From Candidatus Latescibacterota bacterium (GTDB taxonomy: Bacteria > Latescibacterota > UBA2968 > UBA8231), in assembly GCA_965223905.1 (NCBI GenBank), contig CBDCXV010000010.1, positions 576,001 to 640,000 on the forward strand: a DNA stretch of 64,000 nt. The letters run 5' to 3'. Position 1 is the stretch's first letter. Every line of letters begins with the position of its first letter. The notes beneath the pieces were generated by a model. The model had not been told where the DNA came from and did no database searches. It saw only the letters and a program-made list of their open reading frames with translations. Of the stretch, positions 59,454 to 64,000 are shown piece by piece. The position numbers were made by a program, and so were the translations under genes.

Positions 59454-61169
59454 GTGAACGGCACTATCTCCAGGAACACCATGGGACTGGTTCGTTATAC
59501 CGCCGCCCTGCTCGCCGGCATCGCGGTAGCAGCGGCGCTGCCGGCAGCCGGGGAACAGGACGGCTGGAGTCTGTTTCCACCGCTGATCGCCATTCTCACA
59601 GCGGTCGCCACCGGCAGGCTGGCCCTGGGTCTGGCGACCGCCATCGTCGCCGCGGCCGCCATCAGCATGCCGGAAGCCGGGGGGTGGACCTTTCCCTTCG
59701 CCGTTCTCCAGCGCGCCGCCGTCGACTTCGTATGGGCGCCGTTGAGGGAGTCGTTCCAGCTCTACATACTCGCCTTTACCGCCTCACTGGTCGGAATGGT
59801 CCGGGTGGTCGTTCTGGCGGGGGGTACCCAGGGAATCGCCGAACTGCTTGCCCGGCGGGCGCAAGGGGCCCGCTCGGCGCGGCTGGCGGCTTTCCTGATG
59901 GGTATGGCCATCTTCTTCGACGACTACGCCAACACCCTCGTGGTGGGTACTACCATGCGCCCGATCTGCGACGGCTTCCGCGTGTCGCGCGAGAAACTCG
60001 CCTACATCGTCGATTCCACCGCGGCCCCGGTGGCCGGCCTGGCGCTGATCAGCACCTGGATCGGGTACGAGGTCGGGCTGTTCGAAGAGGTGATGCAGGA
60101 GCTGAACACCGGGGTGTCGGGGTACGAGCTGTTCTTCCTCGCCCTGCCGTCGCGGTTCTACTGCTTCCTGTCCCTGGTCCTGGTCGCCTGTACCGTGCTG
60201 ATGCGCCGCGACTACGGCCCCATGCTGACGGCCGAGCGCCGCGCCGCGGCCACGGGTGCCGTCCTGCGGCCGGGAGCGCGGCCGATGACCGGCGAGAAGA
60301 GCGACTCCCTGAAGCCGCCCGCAGGAGTGCAGCCTCACTGGTGGACCGCGGCCCTGCCCGTCGGTCTGGTGATTTTCGGGATCCTCGGCGGCATGCAGTG
60401 GGATGCGTGGGGCTCCCCTGCCGTCCAGGCAGCCCGAGGCGGGTTCTTTCTCGCGGACGGCGGCTACTGGATCGCCGTCTTCAGCAATGCCGCCGGGGCC
60501 CGGGTGATGTTCCTCGCCTCGATGGCCGGCACGGCCGCGGCCTGCGCGATCGCCCTCGCCCGCCGCTCGCCGGGCGGCGGGCGCCCCCTGGGCGCCGCCC
60601 GCGTCGCCGCGGCCTGGCTCGGAGGCATCGCCAGCTTCCGGCACGCCCTCGTCGTCCTCCTGCTGGCCTGGGCGATAAAGGAGGCCTGCCAGGCGGTCGG
60701 TACCGACTCCTACCTGGTCTCGGCGCTGGGAAGCTCTCTGTCCCCCGGACTCGTCCCTGTGGCGACCTTCCTGCTGGCCGCGCTCGTGGCCTTTGCGATC
60801 GGGACCTCGTGGACGACGATGGCGATCCTGCTGCCCTCGGTGCTTCCGCTCGCCTACGAGCTCGGGGGCATGCCGGTCGCCGTGCTCACCGCCGCGGCCG
60901 TGCTCGATGGCGCCATTTTCGGCGACCACTGCTCTCCCATCAGCGACACCACCCTGCTTTCGAGCATAGCGGCCGCCTGCGACCACATGGATCACGTGCG
61001 CACGCAGATCCTCTACGCCCTGACCGCGATGGTCGCCGCCGCGGCCCTGGGGTACGCGGGAAGCGCGTACCTGTATTCTTCGTGGGTCGGTCTGCTGTTG
61101 GGCGGGTTGGTTGTCGGGGCGCTGGTGCGCCTGGCCGGCAGGGATCCGGAGGTTACCAGCTCGCCGTAG
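59454..61169 (+). CDS. NhaC-family Na+/H+ antiporter / amino-acid transporter
   Basis: FFDDYAN, SREKLAYIVDSTAAP, GTSW.T, GDHCSPISDTT. Confidence 0.88.
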   Translation: MNGTISRNTMGLVRYTAALLAGIAVAAALPAAGEQDGWSLFPPLIAILTAVATGRLALGLATAIVAAAAISMPEAGGWTFPFAVLQRAAVDFVWAPLRESFQLYILAFTASLVGMVRVVVLAGGTQGIAELLARRAQGARSARLAAFLMGMAIFFDDYANTLVVGTTMRPICDGFRVSREKLAYIVDSTAAPVAGLALISTWIGYEVGLFEEVMQELNTGVSGYELFFLALPSRFYCFLSLVLVACTVLMRRDYGPMLTAERRAAATGAVLRPGARPMTGEKSDSLKPPAGVQPHWWTAALPVGLVIFGILGGMQWDAWGSPAVQAARGGFFLADGGYWIAVFSNAAGARVMFLASMAGTAAACAIALARRSPGGGRPLGAARVAAAWLGGIASFRHALVVLLLAWAIKEACQAVGTDSYLVSALGSSLSPGLVPVATFLLAALVAFAIGTSWTTMAILLPSVLPLAYELGGMPVAVLTAAAVLDGAIFGDHCSPISDTTLLSSIAAACDHMDHVRTQILYALTAMVAAAALGYAGSAYLYSSWVGLLLGGLVVGALVRLAGRDPEVTSSP

Positions 61170-61665
61170 TGCGGTCGACGATCTCCTCGATCACCATGTC
61201 GAGCCCGGCTTCGACGGCGAGATCCCGACCCTTCTCGTCGGGAAGCGCCGCGTCGTACGTCCCCCACCCCTCCAGACTCTCGAGGTCGAGAAGCTGACTC
61301 TCGTCGCCGGTGCGCACCAGCTCGGCTTCGATCCAGACGCGAAACCGGTACTGCTCGGTCACTTCCTCGGCGGTGAAGGTGAACAACGGGCTGTCCTCCA
61401 GCGCCACCAGCCGCAGAAGCAGGAGAGCATCGGCGCTCTCCTCGTCGACGACACGCAGGCGGCCGTCGACGGTGAAGGCGTCGCTGATGCGCTCGCTGAG
61501 AGTCTCGGCGATCCGCTCCTCCGCGGTATCGTTTTCAGCTATCGGGATGGCGACGCTGCGGATGCCGCCCACGAGCCCCGAGCTGGTCGAGTAGTGGGCG
61601 CAGGCGCCGAGTGAGGCGAGGGCGAAGCAGCAGGGGAGGACGGAGCTCGAGAAGCCGAGCCTCAG
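61153..61665 (-). CDS. lptE: LptE-like LPS assembly lipoprotein; start uncertain
   Basis: Lipobox LGAC, IRSVAIP..EN.T, L.VVDE..ADA.L, C-terminal EEIVDRTTASW. Confidence 0.7.
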   Translation of the reverse strand: MRLGFSSSVLPCCFALASLGACAHYSTSSGLVGGIRSVAIPIAENDTAEERIAETLSERISDAFTVDGRLRVVDEESADALLLLRLVALEDSPLFTFTAEEVTEQYRFRVWIEAELVRTGDESQLLDLESLEGWGTYDAALPDEKGRDLAVEAGLDMVIEEIVDRTTASW

Positions 61666-62270
61666 GCTCCAGGTGATGATTGGGACTTCTCCGAGTCCGG
61701 GGCGGTTTCTTCCGGCGCCCGGGACTCGCCTTGCACCGGTTCGGCCGGAGCTTGATCGGCGGCCTCGGCGGTCGCCGCAGTCGCATAGGTCTTGGAGGGC
61801 AGATCCGGGGCCACAGGCTGCTCGGGGGCAGGGGACGCTGGCGGCTGCGGTCCCTGCTCCTCCCTGACCAGGCGGGCCCGGTCTCCGACTTCGATCGGAC
61901 GAACCTTCGGGCGTCCCGCGAGACCGGTGGCGCGCACCTGCATAATGGCGCGGTCCCCCGCCGCGGAGCCGTAGACTCCAAAGGAATGGCGCACCATCAT
62001 GGTGCTGAGCGTGCCGGAGGTGTCGGTCTCCTGTCTCAGCGGAGAGCGCACCGTACACATTCGCTCCTGCACGTGCTCTACCACCACCCGCGCCTTCACG
62101 ACCTCCCAGTTTCCGAGGCTCTCCCCGGAGTCCGGATCGGTGATCTCCTGCTGCTCGGCGACGATGGCGAACACCATCCCCTCGCTGACTCCCTGTTCCG
62201 CACCGACGTTGAGAACCAGGGTAGTTTCGTCGGCGACGGCGGCGACTTTTGCTGAGATATTTTCCGGCAT
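61662..62270 (-). CDS. Hypothetical protein (FlgT C-terminal-like beta domain plus Pro/Ala-rich tail)
   Basis: LVLNVGAEQGVSEGM.F, EITDPDSGESLG, IEVGD. Confidence 0.6.
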   Translation of the reverse strand: MPENISAKVAAVADETTLVLNVGAEQGVSEGMVFAIVAEQQEITDPDSGESLGNWEVVKARVVVEHVQERMCTVRSPLRQETDTSGTLSTMMVRHSFGVYGSAAGDRAIMQVRATGLAGRPKVRPIEVGDRARLVREEQGPQPPASPAPEQPVAPDLPSKTYATAATAEAADQAPAEPVQGESRAPEETAPDSEKSQSSPGA

Positions 62271-62309
62271 GACCGATTCAGACTGCTCAAACGGGTTTCA
62301 CAGGTACAT

Positions 62310-62345
62310 AAAAAAACCCGGTCTGCTCGGGCGCAAGCCGGGTTC
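62310..62345 (-). terminator. Intrinsic terminator after the M23 gene
   Basis: AACCCGGCTTGC-loop-GCAGACCGGGTT followed by a T tract on the minus strand. Confidence 0.65.
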
Positions 62346-62363
62346 TCGACCGCCTGTTCGTGC

Positions 62364-63401
62364 TCATCCGCCTGCCGCGGCCGAGAGCCAGCCGGCCACG
62401 CGGTTGTCCTCGGGCCAGTCGAGGATGAAATCTTCCGGATCCAGATACCCGTTCCTTCCCCCCGCCTTGCTGTTCTGGTAACGCACCGCGTAATGCAGGT
62501 GCGGTCCCGTCGAGCGCCCCGTGTTGCCCATGGTGCCGATGGTCTGGCCCCTCTCAACCCAGTCCCCCTTCTTGACAAACATCTTGGCGAGATGGCCGTA
62601 CTCGGTGCGAAAGGTTCCCGGAAGGGTGTAGACCTCACCGGAGTTGGTCGTCATTCTCAGGTCGTGCTTGATGACGATCACGTTTCCTAGGCGATTGTTG
62701 TGGTAGGAGTGGATCACTTCCCCGTCCGCGGTGGCGATGACCTTCGTACCCCTGCGTCCGGCAAGGTCCAGACCGAAGTGGCGAGCCTTGCGCCCCGTAA
62801 AGGGATCGATACGGGGACCGAACTTGGACGACTTCCACGCCAGATCTCTCGGCACCGGGGAGATCGTCGGCAAGGCGCGGCGCCCCTCCTCGCTCAGCCG
62901 GTAGTTCCTGGCGATCTGGTCGTAACTGACTTCCTGAAAGCTCGCCTCCATCCACAGCCGGAAGACGCGGGCTTTGATATCCTCGACAAGGGATCGTTTG
63001 CGGGCCGGCAGAAAGGCGAACTCCTCGGGCAGCTCCTCCACGCCGAACTCGCTGAAGCCGCCAATGCCACCCAGTCTCGCGTCCTCGGTGTCGAGCTCCA
63101 TGTTGTGCAGGGCGCGAAGCCGGTAGTCGCTCTGAGCCAACTCGGTCATCACCTCTTCGAGACCGGTGACATCCCTGCGCGTCTGCTGCAGCGCGTTGGC
63201 AAGCTGCAAGTTCTCGTAGCGCAGGTCGGCAATGGTCGAGGACTGGTCGGCGCGCAGGTGATATCCCGACCCGTAATAACCGAGAGCGCAGCAGATCAGC
63301 ATCAGCCCCGCGGCTCCGAAAAGAGGCGACGAAATCCTGAACTCCTTCACATGCCCGTCGTTGGGGGGAATTACGATGAAGGTGTATTGCTTGCGGGGCA
63401 T
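62364..63401 (-). CDS. M23 family peptidoglycan endopeptidase (TM, coiled coil, LytM domain)
   Basis: HFGLD (HxxxD), YGHL, GNTGRSTGPHLHY. Confidence 0.92.
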   Translation of the reverse strand: MPRKQYTFIVIPPNDGHVKEFRISSPLFGAAGLMLICCALGYYGSGYHLRADQSSTIADLRYENLQLANALQQTRRDVTGLEEVMTELAQSDYRLRALHNMELDTEDARLGGIGGFSEFGVEELPEEFAFLPARKRSLVEDIKARVFRLWMEASFQEVSYDQIARNYRLSEEGRRALPTISPVPRDLAWKSSKFGPRIDPFTGRKARHFGLDLAGRRGTKVIATADGEVIHSYHNNRLGNVIVIKHDLRMTTNSGEVYTLPGTFRTEYGHLAKMFVKKGDWVERGQTIGTMGNTGRSTGPHLHYAVRYQNSKAGGRNGYLDPEDFILDWPEDNRVAGWLSAAAGG

Positions 63402-63627
63402 ACCTCGCTCAGGATTCTGGGACACTCTCTACTGAATCGGTGGGCTGAGAAAAAGTGGATGGAGTGTGGGAACGAGGTGGGCAGTGCGTCCAGACGACAT
63501 CAAGGTTCAATTCGATACTCGACTGAGGAACCAATCAACGCGTCAACGCGGGATCGGAAGAATCATCTGCGCGCCGTTGAAAAAACAGCGCTGTTTCGCA
63601 CTGTCACCTGCTCGTGACAGGGTTTCC

Positions 63628-63656
63628 AAGGTAGCCACGGTATCCCTGAATGTCAA
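63628..63656 (-). promoter_or_regulatory. Putative sigma70 promoter for the M23 gene
   Basis: TTGACA-17 bp-TACCTT. Confidence 0.55.
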
Positions 63657-63828
63657 TCGAGGGGCCAACTCTCGGCCCTCCTGCGGGGCAGGAATCCGCG
63701 GCTATTCTCCTGCCCCGAATAGTTCCTGGTCTACGAGACGAATTCCCTCCCGCGGCTGCATTGCGGCCCACAAGCCCCCTGTATACCTTTGTGGAAGGTG
63801 TTGTAAGTATCGGTATAATCTGAACTAA

Positions 63829-63988
63829 TGTCCTGTCCCCTCAATACCTTGCCATTCGGTCGTCGATCCATCAAGGCTCGCGGTGTTGCCTTCGCCCGCC
63901 GTACACCCTCGGTACGACTCGCTCAGGCGCTTTGCGAGCCGGGTGCCTCGGCGGCCGAATTTTGGCCATCTATTTCCCGGACAGGACA
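63829..63988. repeat. 160-bp palindromic MITE-like element
   Basis: Terminal IRs TGTCCTGTCC....AATA / TATT....GGACAGGACA with nested inverted segments TTCGGTCGTCGA/TCGGCGGCCGAA and GGCTCGC/GCGAGCC. Confidence 0.6.
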
Positions 63989-64000
63989 CTGAGGATACGG

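Noticed and set aside
63402-63627. c-di-AMP (ydaO) riboswitch upstream of the M23 peptidase
   Set aside because: The conserved elements (GCTGAA, AGGGGGA, CAGCTAAC-like) are not visible on the coding strand.

Overview
High-GC bacterial chromosome segment. The content (three PhyH dioxygenases, an Fn3/Calx-beta surface protein, DUF6785 membrane proteins, LptE) suggests a diderm environmental or host-associated lineage such as Latescibacterota/Gemmatimonadota; this is inference only. Most of the window is catabolic, transport and housekeeping genes (pgi, aroA, rarA, dsbD-like, metE-like, cvpA, lptE, M23) plus tRNA-Thr(TGT). There are two small accessory patches: decayed DUF4143/RhuM/DUF2442-DUF4160 remnants at 6.1-7.3 kb, and a mazEF-like pair followed by a PD-(D/E)XK nuclease split by a complete IS701-family element at 19.5-22.9 kb. 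Many single-base frameshifts lie in short homopolymers and probably reflect long-read errors. The best candidates for new biology are: (i) a reconstructed ~2,130-aa fusion of a catalytically degenerate M28/PA ectodomain, a MacB/FtsX permease and a DUF6785/6784 polytopic membrane domain, followed by a GT-C-like protein, an oxidoreductase and a GH10-like protein; (ii) a short archaeal-type PurA homologue with altered substrate loops, divergent from a LysR gene; (iii) GDPD coupled to ybbA/ybbP/tesA, hinting at lysophospholipid recycling. All family calls come from recognising motifs by eye; no database search was run.
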